The position numbers were made by a program, and so were the translations under genes. The notes beneath the pieces were generated by a model that saw only the letters and a list, made by a program, of their open reading frames with translations, did no database searches and was not told the origin of the DNA. A DNA stretch of 64,000 bases from an uncultured Candidatus Rokubacteria bacterium (GTDB lineage Bacteria > Methylomirabilota > Methylomirabilia > Rokubacteriales > DASRDR01), in assembly GCA_963708025.1 (NCBI GenBank), contig CAVPSB010000034.1, forward strand, positions 96,001-160,000, in the 5' to 3' direction. Below, one piece after another: positions 41,355 to 52,610 of this stretch (its first letter is position 1; each line of letters opens with the position of its first letter).

Positions 41355-43013
41355 CTAAAACCGCGAGGACGAGAGCTGGACGTCGGCCTTGCCCCAGGCC
41401 TTGCGGAAGGCCGCCTCCACGCGCGCAGCCTCGGCCGTGTTCCCCTGGGCTCGCAGGCTCTGGGTCAGCCCGAACAGCGACCAGCCGTTGTCCGGGTTCC
41501 GGGCGAGGTCCTCGCGGTAGACTTGCTCCGCCTCGCGGGGCCGACCGGCCTGGAGCAGCACCGCGCCGAGGGTTTGCCGCACCGGGAAGTACCACGGCGG
41601 GGGCTCGGTGAACCAGTGGGTGTCCTGCTCGGCCACCGCCGCGCGGAGCAGCCGCTCCGCGGTCGCCATGTCCCCCGCCTTGGCCGCCAGCTCGCCGGCC
41701 AGCACGTTCGCGGCGAGCTGGAGCATGTTCCGGGCGCGGAAGAAGAAGGCGACGGTCCGCTCCGCGGGGACCGACTGGAGGAGCGCCTCCAGCGCGGCCA
41801 GCTCCTGCCGGGCCTCGGCGGCTTGCCCCTTCGCGTTGAACGCCAGGCCGCGGGCGTAGTGCCACACCCCCCGGGTGTACGACCACTCCCGCGGAGGGGC
41901 CGGGTACCGGAGCACGTCGTCCCAGCGGCCGAAGCGCGCCAGGGCCACGAACGGCGCCACCGGCGCCGTCTCCATGTCCGGCATCTCCTTGATCATCTCC
42001 GCCGGCGCGGCGTCACCGAACTCGCGAGCCGCGCGGATGGTCTCCGCGGCGCGTCCCTGCATGGCCGCCGACTGCCAGATGAAGTCGAGGTTGTGCGGGT
42101 AGTAGAGCCCGCGGTAGATGGGACTCGGGCTGGCCGTCGCGAAGTACCGGCGGTCCGCCTGCACCGCCGCCGCGTTGGAGGCGACAGCGTCCGCGTAGCG
42201 TCCCACTCGCCAGTAGATGTGCGAGGGCATGTGGACGAGATGCCCCGCCCCGGGCATCAGCTTCAGCAGGCGGTCGGCCGGCGCCTCGGCGCGCCGGGGA
42301 TCCGGGCTGGCCTCGACGGCGTGGATGTACAGGTGGATGGCGCCGGGATGATCGGGGTTCCGGGCCAGGACCCGCTCGAGCGTCCGGACGATCTCCTCCG
42401 TGCCCGGCTGCGGCTGGCCCTCGGGGGTCCAGAGGTTCCACGGCCGGAGGTTCATCATGGCGTCCGCGAAGAACGTGGCGACCTCCGGGTCGTCCGGGAA
42501 CTCACGCGCGACCTGCCGCATGGCATCGGCGTAGGCCTGGTCGAGCGCCTCGCGCTTGACGCCGGGATCGGCCGAGTGACGCTTCGCGATCGCCTGGATC
42601 AGCGCCCGCTCGCGAGGGCTCGTGGAGGCCGCGGCCCGCGTCGCCTCCTGGACGGCGGCCAGCGCCTTCTTCTCACGGTCCGCGTCGGTGGGACTGTTGT
42701 AGTTCGAGCCTTCGGTGAGCGCGATTCCCCAGTAGCACAGGGCGCACGCGGGATCGAGGCGGGCGGCCTCCCGGAACGACTTCTCCGCCTCGGAGTGATT
42801 GAAGGCGTAGACCAGCCGCAGGCCCTGGTCGAACCAGCGCTGGGCCTCCGGGGACGCGGTGGTGATCCGGGAGGAGTAGCTCCCGAGCGAGTCGTAGAGG
42901 GCCGGGCGATCCGTGGCCGCCGCGCCACCGTGCGTCATGTCGTGCCGCTGCGTCGAGCAGGCGGCCAGCCCAATGAGGAGTGTCGGGACGAGAATCCGGC
43001 GCCATGCCTTCAT
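41355..43013 (-). CDS. TPR-like lipoprotein
   Basis: Lipobox LAAC; FDQGLRLVYAFNH, HPGAIHLYIHAVEAS, HLVHMPSHIY, NGWSLFGL. Confidence 0.85.
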   Translation of the reverse strand: MKAWRRILVPTLLIGLAACSTQRHDMTHGGAAATDRPALYDSLGSYSSRITTASPEAQRWFDQGLRLVYAFNHSEAEKSFREAARLDPACALCYWGIALTEGSNYNSPTDADREKKALAAVQEATRAAASTSPRERALIQAIAKRHSADPGVKREALDQAYADAMRQVAREFPDDPEVATFFADAMMNLRPWNLWTPEGQPQPGTEEIVRTLERVLARNPDHPGAIHLYIHAVEASPDPRRAEAPADRLLKLMPGAGHLVHMPSHIYWRVGRYADAVASNAAAVQADRRYFATASPSPIYRGLYYPHNLDFIWQSAAMQGRAAETIRAAREFGDAAPAEMIKEMPDMETAPVAPFVALARFGRWDDVLRYPAPPREWSYTRGVWHYARGLAFNAKGQAAEARQELAALEALLQSVPAERTVAFFFRARNMLQLAANVLAGELAAKAGDMATAERLLRAAVAEQDTHWFTEPPPWYFPVRQTLGAVLLQAGRPREAEQVYREDLARNPDNGWSLFGLTQSLRAQGNTAEAARVEAAFRKAWGKADVQLSSSRF

Positions 43014-43081
43014 CGATGTTCCTCCTTCATGGTGAGCGCGGCGTCCGCTCGATTCCGCGGGGGCGGCGTCTCGGTGACCCG

Positions 43082-43933
43082 TCACGCGGGCGAGCGGCTC
43101 ACGGAGCGCTCGATGCGCGCCAGCCGGGCGAGCACGTCGCCTTGCAGGCGGTCCACCTTCTCGTGCAGGTGGGCGACCTCCAGCTCGGCCTTCAGGTTCA
43201 CGTCGTACTCGATGTCGGAGCGGATCCGGTCCTTCGCGGCCATCCGGTTCTGACTGATCAGCACGAAGATCGAGAGGAAGATCGCCTCCAGGGACACCGC
43301 CATGGTCAGGAGGCCGAAGGGGAACGGATCGAAGGCGGGGAGCCCGGGGACGAGGTCCACGTTCGCCACGATCCACACCAGGAAGAACAGCGCGTTCAGG
43401 GCGAGGAAGACCATGCTGCCGCTGAAGTCGGCGATCCAGTCGGCGGCCTTCTGGACGAGTGTCCGGTGATCCTCCATCTCCTCGTTGACGTTCCGGGATG
43501 CGGTGTGGCGGAGCTGCTCCGCGCTCGCCCGCAGGCGGCGTCCCATGACCGCCAGCATGTCGAGCGCCGCCGAGGGGTACCGGTTCAGGAACTGCTCGAG
43601 GTCGGGACGGTCCAGCCGCAGCGCCTCCAGGTCCTCGGTCGCGACCACCGCCGCCGTGCGCGGCCCGCTGTCGAGGAGCGAGATCTCCCCGAAGTAATCC
43701 CCGACCCCGGACGTCTCCAGGACGATCCGCTTGCCGGTGTCGTCGGTGACGAAGATCTCGACCGCGCCCGCGCGGACGATGTAGAGCGAGTCTCCGGGGT
43801 CGTTGTAGTTGAACACCAGCTGGTTCGCCGGCACCCGCACCACGTCCAGGACCCCGGCCAGGGCCGTGCGCTCCTGCTCGTCCATCAGCTGGAAGAAGGG
43901 GACTTCCTTCAGCAGTGCGGCATCGGTCGGCAT
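43082..43933 (-). CDS. cNMP-binding domain plus DUF1003 membrane protein
   Basis: FGEISLLDSGPRTA; FDPFPFGLLTMAVSLEAIFLSIFVLISQNR. Confidence 0.88.
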   Translation of the reverse strand: MPTDAALLKEVPFFQLMDEQERTALAGVLDVVRVPANQLVFNYNDPGDSLYIVRAGAVEIFVTDDTGKRIVLETSGVGDYFGEISLLDSGPRTAAVVATEDLEALRLDRPDLEQFLNRYPSAALDMLAVMGRRLRASAEQLRHTASRNVNEEMEDHRTLVQKAADWIADFSGSMVFLALNALFFLVWIVANVDLVPGLPAFDPFPFGLLTMAVSLEAIFLSIFVLISQNRMAAKDRIRSDIEYDVNLKAELEVAHLHEKVDRLQGDVLARLARIERSVSRSPA

Positions 43934-44182
43934 GGTGACCCCCTCATCTGTCGCTCCCGCCCCGGTGGCCCTGGTGACGCCCGGTTGTCCTCCCTGGCGG
44001 TCCGGGGAGCGCGGATCACCGCGAGCGTAGCACACCTGGCGAGAGGTCGAGGAGCCGGAGCCGGCTCACGGCTCCACCGTCGCGCGCCCGGGAGGAAGCG
44101 AGCCGGGGGCTGAACGGAGCTGGAACGAACGACTCGCACGCCGCGATTGTGGCAAACTGGACGAGTTGTGCCGGAACGCGCC

Positions 44183-45418
44183 ATGGAGAGGTCAGAGCTC
44201 CTCAAGCAGCTCCACATCGATCGCGGCACCAACGGAACCCCGCGGTCGCGCGCCCGCCGGCTCGGGCTCGGGGCGGCCGTGCTGCTGGTCCTGGCCGGAG
44301 TCGTCTGGCTCGCGCTGGGCCGGCGAGAGCCGCCCACCGTGCGCACCGCCGTGGCCCGGGCCGCCGGCCCCGCCGCCGGTGCGGGGTCGGTGCTCGACGC
44401 CAGTGGCTACGTCACCGCACGCCGCCAGGCCACCGTCTCGGCCAAGATCACGGGCAAGGTCGCCGAGGTGCTGATCGAGGAAGGCATGCGCGTCCAGGAG
44501 GGCGCCGTGCTGGCCCGGCTCGACGACACCGAGGCCCGGGCCCAGCTCTCGCTGGCCCAGGCGCAGCTCACCGCGGCGCGCTCGCAACAGGCCGAGATCC
44601 GGGCCCAGCTCGAGCAGGCCGAGCGGGACTACGCGCGCCAGAGCGAGCTCTATCGGCGGGAGCTCATCGCCGCGCAGACGCTGGACGCCGCCCAGGCGCA
44701 GCGCGACACGCTCCGGGCCCGGCTGGCCAGCGCCGGCGAGCAGATCAAGGTGGCGCAGGAATCGGTCACGGTGGCCGAGGTCCAGCTCGCCAACACCGTG
44801 GTGCGCGCCCCGTTCACCGGGGTGGTGGTCGCCAAGGCGGCCCAGCCGGGGGAGATGATCTCGCCGATCTCGGCCGGCGGCGGCTTCACACGGACCGGGA
44901 TCGGCACCATCGTGGACATGGACTCGCTCGAGATCCAGGTCGACGTCAACGAGGCCTACATCAATCGCGTCACCCCGGGCCAGCCGGTGGAAGCCACACT
45001 GAACGCCTACCCGGACTGGAAGATCCCGGCCGAGGTGATCGCCATCATCCCCAGCGCCGATCGCAGCAAGGCCACGGTCAAGGTGCGCATCGCCATCAAG
45101 CCGAAGGATGGCCGCATCGTGCCGGACATGGGCGTGCGGGTGGCCTTCCTGAGCGCGCCCTCGACCGCCCCTCCGGTGCCGACGGCGGCCTCGCCCGGGG
45201 TGCTGGTGCCCGCCGAGGCGGTCAGGGTGGACGGCGGCCAGAGCGTGGTGTTCGTGCACGCCAACGGCAAGGTGGAGCGCCGCCCCGTCACGCTGGGCCC
45301 GAGCGTCGGGGGCCACCGGCACGTGCTCACCGGCCTCCGTGACGGCGAGCGGGTGGTGCTGTCCCCGCCGGAGTCGCTCGAGGACGGCGCCGCCGTGAAG
45401 CTGGCCGAGAGCGGCTGA
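44183..45418 (+). CDS. Membrane fusion protein (MacA/HlyD-like)
   Basis: ASGYVTARRQATVSAKITG, coiled hairpin, RAPFTGVV, DRSKATVKV. Confidence 0.9.
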   Translation: MERSELLKQLHIDRGTNGTPRSRARRLGLGAAVLLVLAGVVWLALGRREPPTVRTAVARAAGPAAGAGSVLDASGYVTARRQATVSAKITGKVAEVLIEEGMRVQEGAVLARLDDTEARAQLSLAQAQLTAARSQQAEIRAQLEQAERDYARQSELYRRELIAAQTLDAAQAQRDTLRARLASAGEQIKVAQESVTVAEVQLANTVVRAPFTGVVVAKAAQPGEMISPISAGGGFTRTGIGTIVDMDSLEIQVDVNEAYINRVTPGQPVEATLNAYPDWKIPAEVIAIIPSADRSKATVKVRIAIKPKDGRIVPDMGVRVAFLSAPSTAPPVPTAASPGVLVPAEAVRVDGGQSVVFVHANGKVERRPVTLGPSVGGHRHVLTGLRDGERVVLSPPESLEDGAAVKLAESG

Positions 45419-45460
45419 CGGCTCGCCGGCCGGATCCCGAAGGGACCCCGCGAATTCCCG

Positions 45461-46159
45461 ATGGCCACGCTGGTCGAGGTCCGCGGCGTGACGAAGGTCT
45501 ATCGGCGCGGCAGCACGACGATCGAGGTGCTGCACGGCGTCGACCTCGACATCCCCCGGGGCGACTTCGTGGCGTTCATGGGTCCGTCCGGGTCCGGCAA
45601 GACGACCCTGCTGAATCTCATCGGCGGCCTGGACTCGCCGACCTCGGGCAGCATCGTGGTGGACGGCCAGCGCATCGACCGGCTTTCGAGCGGCGAGCTG
45701 TCGCGCTGGCGGGCCGCGAACGTCGGCTTCGTGTTCCAGGCCTACAACCTGCTGCCCGTGCTGTCGGCCCAGAAGAACGTGGAGCTCCCGCTCCTGCTCA
45801 CCAGCCTGTCGGCGGCCCAGCGGCGCCGGCACGCCCGGATCGCGCTGACGCTGATGGGCCTCGCGGACCGCGCCCAGCACAAGCCCAAGGAGCTGTCGGG
45901 CGGCCAGGAGCAACGGGTGGCGATCGCGCGCGCCATCGTGTCCGACCCCACGCTCCTGGTCTGTGACGAGCCGACCGGCGACCTCGACCGCGCCACCGCC
46001 GACGAGATCCTGACGCTGCTGCAGATGCTCAACCGGGAGCACGGCAAGACCATCGTGATGGTCACCCACGATCCCAAGGCCGCCGGCTACGCGCAGCGTC
46101 GCCTGCACCTGGACAAGGGGACGCTGGCGCCGGACGACGCGGCCGGTCGCCCGTCATGA
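45461..46159 (+). CDS. ABC ATP-binding protein (LolD/MacB-like)
   Basis: [30 protein letters not shown]. Confidence 0.93.
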   Translation: MATLVEVRGVTKVYRRGSTTIEVLHGVDLDIPRGDFVAFMGPSGSGKTTLLNLIGGLDSPTSGSIVVDGQRIDRLSSGELSRWRAANVGFVFQAYNLLPVLSAQKNVELPLLLTSLSAAQRRRHARIALTLMGLADRAQHKPKELSGGQEQRVAIARAIVSDPTLLVCDEPTGDLDRATADEILTLLQMLNREHGKTIVMVTHDPKAAGYAQRRLHLDKGTLAPDDAAGRPS

Positions 46160-47322
46160 GGTACCTGCCCCTCCTGTGGGCGGGGCTCTTCCGCAAGAAG
46201 ACCCGCACCGTCCTGACGCTCTCCTCGGTGATCGTGGCTTTCCTGCTGTTCGGCCTCCTGCAGGGGGTCAAGGTGGCGTTCGAGTCGGGCGCGGACACCG
46301 CGGACGCCAAGCGGCTGCTGACCACCGCCCGCTATTCGATCATCGAGCCCCTGCCGATCGCCTACCTGCGGCGGATCGAGCAGGTCCCGGGGGTGATCGG
46401 GGTGGCCCACGCCGAGTGGTTCGGCGCCAAGTACCAGAACGAGAGCAACGCCTTCCCGGTGTTCGCGGTGAACCCGGCCCGCTATCTGGACATGTACCCG
46501 GAGTTCACCGTCGCCCGGGACCAGCGCGAGGCCTTCATCAAGACGCGGACCGGGGCGGTGGCGGGCCGGCGTCTGGTCGACCGCTTCGGCTGGAGGCTGG
46601 GCCAGAAGCTGCCGATCAGCTCCGAGATCCACCCCCGGGCCAACGGGGACATGAACTGGGAGTTCGACCTGGTCGGCATCCTCGACGCCGAGGATCCGGC
46701 GGTGCGCGGCAACACGGACGTGGTGCTCATCGGCGCCGAGTACTTCGACGAGGCCCGCCAGATGGGCAAGGGCCGGACCGGCTGGTACATCGAGCGCATC
46801 GCCGATCCGGGGCAAGCCCGGGCCATCTCGGCCGACATCGACCGGCAGTTCACGAACTCCCCCGACGAGACCAAGACCCAGCCCGAGAAGGAGTTCGCCA
46901 TCGGCTTCGCCAAGCAGATCGGGGACCTGGGCGCCCTGGTCACCCGGATCCTGGCCGCGGTGTTCTTCACCATCCTGATCCTGACCGGCAACATCATGGC
47001 CCAGTCGATCCGGGAGCGGACCGCGGAGCTCGCCATTCTCAAGACGCTCGGCTTCTCCGACGGGAAGGTGACGGCGCTGGTGCTGGCGGAGGCCCTCCTG
47101 CTGCTGGGTCTGGGCGGTGGGCTGGGCATGGTGGCGGCGGTGGCCGCGCTGCCCTTCCTGAACGGCGCCACCGGCGGCCGCTTCCCCCCGCTGTTCGTGA
47201 GCGGCGCCACCTGGCTGATGGCCGCCGGCATCACCACGGCGCTGGCGCTGGCGGTCGGGCTGCCCCCGGCGCTCCGGGCCCGGCGGCTCCGGATCGTGGA
47301 AGCGCTGGCCGGCCGCCGATGA
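46156..47322 (+). CDS. ABC permease (FtsX/MacB-like) 1
   Basis: TM1, periplasmic domain, RERTAELAILKTLGF. Confidence 0.9.
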   Translation: MRYLPLLWAGLFRKKTRTVLTLSSVIVAFLLFGLLQGVKVAFESGADTADAKRLLTTARYSIIEPLPIAYLRRIEQVPGVIGVAHAEWFGAKYQNESNAFPVFAVNPARYLDMYPEFTVARDQREAFIKTRTGAVAGRRLVDRFGWRLGQKLPISSEIHPRANGDMNWEFDLVGILDAEDPAVRGNTDVVLIGAEYFDEARQMGKGRTGWYIERIADPGQARAISADIDRQFTNSPDETKTQPEKEFAIGFAKQIGDLGALVTRILAAVFFTILILTGNIMAQSIRERTAELAILKTLGFSDGKVTALVLAEALLLLGLGGGLGMVAAVAALPFLNGATGGRFPPLFVSGATWLMAAGITTALALAVGLPPALRARRLRIVEALAGRR

Positions 47323-47347
47323 TCAATGCTTGTCCGAGGGTCGCTCG

Positions 47348-48538
47348 ATGATCAACCAGATCGTGCAGATCACGCTCGATGAACCTGCGCAACGTCCCGC
47401 AGCGCCTGGGCGCGTCGCTGGTCGTGATCGTCGGGATCGGCGGCGTGGTCGGCGTGCTGGTGTCGATCCTGGCGATGTCGGAGGGCTTCCGCCACACCCT
47501 GGCCAGCACCGGGCGGAGCCACCGCGTGATCATGCTCCGGTCCGGGTCCGACACCGAGCTCTCCAGCGGCCTGCCGCGGGAGCAGGCCACGCTGCTCGGC
47601 AACCTGCCCGGGGTCGCGCGCGACGCCGGCGGGACGCCCGCTGGCGTCGGCCGAGCTGATGGTGATGGTGGACCTGCCGCGGCGGGGCGAGACGAATCCC
47701 AACAACGTGCCGTTCCGCGGCGTGCAGCCGGTGGCCTTCGCGATCCGCGACGAGCTCCGGATCGTGGCCGGGCGCCGGTTCGAGCGCGGCGTGCGCGAGG
47801 TGATCGTGGGCCGGAAGGCCTCCCGGCAGTTCGCCGGGCTGAGCGTCGGCTCGAGGATCGGCTTCCGCGACAGCGACTGGACCGTGGTCGGCGTCTTCGA
47901 GAGCGGCGGCGACGTGCACGAATCCGAGATCTGGGCGGATGCCGAGGTGGCCATGTCGGCGTTCCGGCGCCCGGGCTACCAGTCGGTCACCGCCGTGCTC
48001 GCCGACGGCTCGGCGAGCCGGCTTCGGGGCCCTCGAGGCGACGATCGGCCGCGATCCGCGCTTCTCGATCAAGGTGCTGCGCGAGCCGGAGTACTATGCC
48101 CGGCAGGCCAGGATCCTGTCGGACCTGATCAACGTGCTGGGCTACACGGTCGCCGCCTTCATGGCGATCGGCGCGATGTTCGGCGCGCTGAACTGCATGT
48201 ACTCGGCGGTGGCCAGCCGCCAGGTGGAGATCGCCACGCTCCGCGCGATCGGGTTCGGCGGCCTGCCGGTGGTGATCTCGGTGATGATCGAGGCGCTGCT
48301 CCTCGCGCTGCTGGGCGGCGCGGTGGGCGGCGCCCTGGCCTATCTCTACTGCGACGGCGCCTCGCTCTCCACGCTGAACTTCAGCACCTTCTCCCAGGTC
48401 GCCTTCGACCTGCGGGTGACGCCGACCCTGCTGGTCCAGGGGCTCGCGTGGGCGCTCGCCATCGGCGTCGCCGGCGGGCTGCTCCCGGCCGTCCGGGCGG
48501 CGCGCCTGCCAGTGACCCTCGCGCTCCGCGCCCTGTAG
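47348..48538 (+). CDS. ABC permease (FtsX/MacB-like) 2, several frameshifts
   Basis: NLRNVPQRLGAS...; GRRFERGVRE; SRQVEIATLRAIGF in successive frames. Confidence 0.82.
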
Positions 48539-48657
48539 ACTGGTTCGGGGGGTCCCCGGCATCCGCTCGGAGCGCTGGCTCGGCGTCGGAGCTTGCCTCG
48601 GCCTGGCCGGCCTCGGACCGCCGGACTCTCCGACACGCCCGGGAGCGCGGTACGCGG

Positions 48658-50155
48658 TCAGACGGTCGGCCGGGTCACGTAGCCGTAGCGTCGATTGGTG
48701 CGGCCCGGACCCTCCTCCTCGTACGCGGCCCGGGCGACCGCGATGCGGTCGGTCGCGAGCGCGGCGCGCCGGTCGTACCGGTAGAGCGCCGCCGAGTTCT
48801 CGCCGAAGATCGCCCGCTTGACCGGGCCGTCGGCGGGACCGAGCGGGGCGAACCCGTGCTTCTTCTGCATGTCCTCGGGGATCTCCAGCCGGCGCAGCGC
48901 CTCGATCTGCCACTGGGGCGCGCCGGTCCAGACGGCGTCGGTGCCCCACACCACGTGGTCGGCCCCCAGCCCCTTGACGAGCTGGCCCAGCATCGCGGCG
49001 CACAGGCGGGGCTCCGCCACCGTGCTCTGGGCGAAGATCTGGCCGAGGTCGCCGTACACGTTGGTGACGCCGTACCGGGCCGGGATCTCGGACAGGTCGG
49101 TCACCCAGTCCACGCGCCCCGTCTGCTCGAACTGCGTCCAGCCGTCGGCCTGGGCGCCGCCGGTGAAGCGGAATCCCGAGTGGTAGATGATGAAGTTGAG
49201 CTGCGGCCAGTCCTTGGCGGCCTTGCCGACGTCGCGCACGTCCGCGTACTCCAGGAGCTGCGGGAACTGCTTGGTGGTCGACGGCGGGTAGAGCCCCTTG
49301 TGGACGCACACGTTGACCAGCCCGGCCTTCTGGAGCTTCTCGTAGAAGGGATAGAGCAGCTTCTCGTCGTCCATGCGCCACGGGTGCCGGGCCAGCTGCT
49401 TGTTGGTGTTGTCGCCGACCGTGTAGCCCTTGAACGAGTCGGGCTTCAGCGTCGCGATCGCGTGGTCCACCGCTTCCATCCACCCCGGCATGCCCGGCAT
49501 GAAGATCGCGTGCGAGAGCATGCGCCGGGAGCCGGTGAGCTTGTTCACCCGGGCCCGCGCCTCGGCCTTCATCTCGTTGGTCAGGAACCAGTCGCGCGGG
49601 TCCTCCGAGCCCGACCCCGAGATGAGGGCGACCTTGGTGTCGCTGTCGAAGTAGATCTCCTTGAAGTAGTTCGCGAACTTGAGGTCCTCGAGCGTCTGGG
49701 GCTTGCCGACCAGGGCCGGGTTCCAGCCGGCCTGACCGACGGCCTCCCGCGAGCGCACGAAGCCCACCAGGCGCGTGTCGTCGCGCAGGAAGTGGGTGTG
49801 CATGTCCATGATGAACTGGTCGGCCAGCGCCTTGGCGCGCTCGTTGGCCAGGTCCGGCGCGGCAGCCTCGGCGCGGCTGACACCGAAGAGCGGGCCGTAG
49901 ACCTCGTTCATCGCCACGAAGGCCGCGGCCATGCCGGCGGCGGTCTGGAAGAAGCGGCGCCGGCTCAGGCCCTGGTGTTTCGCCAGCTCGCGTCCCCAGC
50001 GCCTTCACGCGGGCCTCGACCTGCCGCTGCTTCGCGGTCTGCGGCAGCGGCATGAACTCGTCGCTGGAGACGAACTGCGTGGGGATCGGTGACGCGAAGG
50101 CGGCGGTCTCGGCGGGCAGGAGCTGGGCGAGTTCTTCCGGATCGAGCGACGGCAT
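48658..50155 (-). CDS. Amidohydrolase family, frameshift near 49985
   Basis: PIPTQFVSSDEF, RRRFFQTAAG, DMHTH, CVHKG, IYHSG, WGTDAVW. Confidence 0.85.
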
Positions 50156-50347
50156 GGATGCCCTCCTGGTGCGAGGAGTGTCGGCCCGCGGCCGCCCGTT
50201 TCCGGCGGGCGGCCGCCGGCCATGGCCGCATGGTTCCGAGACATCTTCGATCGTCCGTCGGCGCGGTGTCAAGCGGCCGAGGGCACTTCCGAGGGGCCAT
50301 CCGTACGCTCTCGACCCGGGGCGGCCCTCGCGCTATCATCCAGCGGT

Positions 50348-51031
50348 ATGCCGATCCGGATCGTCAGCGAGCCGATCTCCGTCGATGACCTCCGGCGGAT
50401 CGCCCGCGACCAGTTCGGCGACTTCGTGAAGGCGGTGGTGGACGTCCGGCAGGGGGTGATGGCGATCGGCGCCGAGCTCCATGCCGACGAGGAGGCCTGG
50501 CTCCTGGATCGGGACGCCCGACAGGCCGACCTCTGGGGGATCAATCTCTATCCGGACCGGCCCGAGGGCAAGCGCGTCGAGTTCGACTCGCTGATCAACG
50601 TGCGGCCGTCGCAGGGGAACCGATCCCGCTCCGTCGACGACGCCGCGATCCGCCAGCAGATCGGCGCCATCGTGGCGCGGCTCGTCGAGCCCGTGACGGT
50701 CTCTGGGTTCCGGCACGCCGAGCTCGCGGCCGGCCGCTGGGGCCAGCTTTCGCTGGTCGAGCAGCTCGCCAACGCCGGGACCGAGGTGGGGCGCATGCGC
50801 CGGTGGTACGGGCGAGACCACGCGCTGGCGGCGGCGGCGTTCGAGCGCGCGCTCGAGCTGCTCGACCTGACCCTCGCCGACCCGCGCTGGCGCGGCCGGC
50901 GGAAGGAGGTCGCCCGGGCGCGCGAGCTCCTCGGCGACGCCGCCACCGGCGGCCACGAGCACGGCGCCACGCTGGAGGATCTGGACCGCTACTTCCTCGC
51001 CTTCGCCCTGGCCGCCCGGGCCGGCCGCTAG
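50348..51031 (+). CDS. DUF5674-like domain followed by a small helical domain (fused, or two genes joined by an indel)
   Basis: VKAVVDV..GAELHADEE..LWGINLYP..FDSLINVRP..NRS; then HAELAAGRW..SLVEQLANAGTEVGR. Confidence 0.7.
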   Translation: MPIRIVSEPISVDDLRRIARDQFGDFVKAVVDVRQGVMAIGAELHADEEAWLLDRDARQADLWGINLYPDRPEGKRVEFDSLINVRPSQGNRSRSVDDAAIRQQIGAIVARLVEPVTVSGFRHAELAAGRWGQLSLVEQLANAGTEVGRMRRWYGRDHALAAAAFERALELLDLTLADPRWRGRRKEVARARELLGDAATGGHEHGATLEDLDRYFLAFALAARAGR

Positions 51032-51067
51032 CCAGGCCAGTGCCGCGGCCTCCGAGTGGCCGGAGTC

Positions 51068-51092
51068 CGGGGGTCTTCCGAGACCCCCCGAA
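51068..51092 (-). repeat. REP-like element, short copy
   Basis: CGGGGGTCTTCCGAGACCCCCCGAA, 3 nt after stop at 51096. Confidence 0.75.
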
Positions 51093-51095
51093 AAC

Positions 51096-52594
51096 TCAGA
51101 CGTACTCGCGCTCGGCCCGGCGGATGGCCCGGTAGCGCTCGAACGCCTTGCGCTCGTCCTCGAGCCCCAGGAGCGACCGCCAGAAGCTCGAGCCGCGGAA
51201 CGTGTGGGCGAGCATCCGCCCCCCGTTCCGGAGCACGAACCCCGGGCTGTGGAAGAGGACCGAGCCCATGTGACGGACCTTCAGCCAGCGCTCGGCCCGC
51301 CAGCGGAGGAACTCGATCTCCTCGGCCTCGAGGTGCTCGCTGCGGACGACCGCGGTGGTGCCGTCGTACTCCTCCAGCCGCTCGTTGATGATGAGCCCCC
51401 GCTCGCGGAAGTCCTTGGTCATCGGCGTCCGCGGGTAGGGGGTGGGGTGCTGGATGTACGGGTAGTCCACGTACTGCCGCGCGAACGCCAGGTTGGCCTC
51501 GATGGACTCCCGGGTGTCGTCCGGGTTGCCGACGATCAGGCCGCCGACCACCCACAGCCCGTGCCGGTGGAGGTGCTCGATCGCCGTGATCGTGGCGTTG
51601 CCCGCCGTGCGGCCGTTCTCGCGGTGGAGGTTCTTGGCCCGGGCGCGGAGGAACGCCAGGTCCGTCGTCCAGGATGTTCTCGATGCCGAGGAAGACGTAG
51701 CGGAAGCCGGCCCGACGCATGAGGGGCGCCAGCGTGGCGCCGTGGCTCGGCGATGGACGAGGTCATCGCCTGGACCAGGTAGTCGACGTCGTTCAGACCG
51801 GCATCGACGATGGCCTGGCAGAGCGCCTCGAAGCGGCGAACGTTCAGCGTGAGGTTGTCGTCGACCAGGAAGATGGCCCGGGCGCCGTGGGCGCGGGCGT
51901 CCGCGATGTCGGCCAGCACCCGATCGAACGTGTAGGTGTGGAAGTTGCGCCCGCGCATCTCGATGATCGAGCAGAAGCTGCAGTCGAACGTGCAGCCGCG
52001 CGAGGTCTCGACGACGTCGACCTGCCGGCCGAGGAGCGTGTAGCCGTGGAGCACGCGGGCGCTCCGGTTCGGCGGCCGGATGTCGCCGTCCTCGAGCCCG
52101 TTGACCGGGCGATCCGGATTGTGGAGGAAGCCGTCACCCTGGCGGTGGGAGAGGCCCGGGATCGTCTCGTAGCCGCCACCGGCCTCCAGGGCGCGCACGA
52201 GCGCCCGGAAGGTCAGCTCGCCCTCGCCCCGGACGATGAAGTCCACGCCGGCGTCCGGGTCCGTGTAGGCCTCGGGGGCCAGGCTCGGATCGTAGCCCCC
52301 GACCACCACCCGCACCCCGGGCCGGAGGCCGCGCACGAGCCGGATCAGCCGCAGCGCCGTCCGCCGCTGGAACGTCATCACCGACAGCCCGACGACGTCG
52401 GGCGCCTGCTCGCGGACCAGCCGCTCGACGGTCTCCCGCACCCGGGACTGGACGAGGACCAGGTCGGCGACCGCCACCCGGTGGTGCGGGTCGAGGTTGC
52501 CGGCCACCGAGCTGAGCGCACCGTTCGGCATGCGGATGCCGACGGTCGGCATGTGCTCGAACGAGTCCGGCATCGAGAATAGGAGGACGTTCAT
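51096..52594 (-). CDS. B12-binding radical SAM protein (frameshifts near 51750 and 51665)
   Basis: PDVVGLS, VVGGYDPS, RGEGE, ETSRGCTFDCSFC, VDDN, FLGIEN, TPYPRT. Confidence 0.9.
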
Positions 52595-52610
52595 CGGGAT
52601 CCTCCCGGGG

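Noticed and set aside
48544-48570. Sixth copy of the REP-like element after the stop at 48538
   Set aside because: Only the TTCGGGGGGTC half matches; loop and return arm are missing
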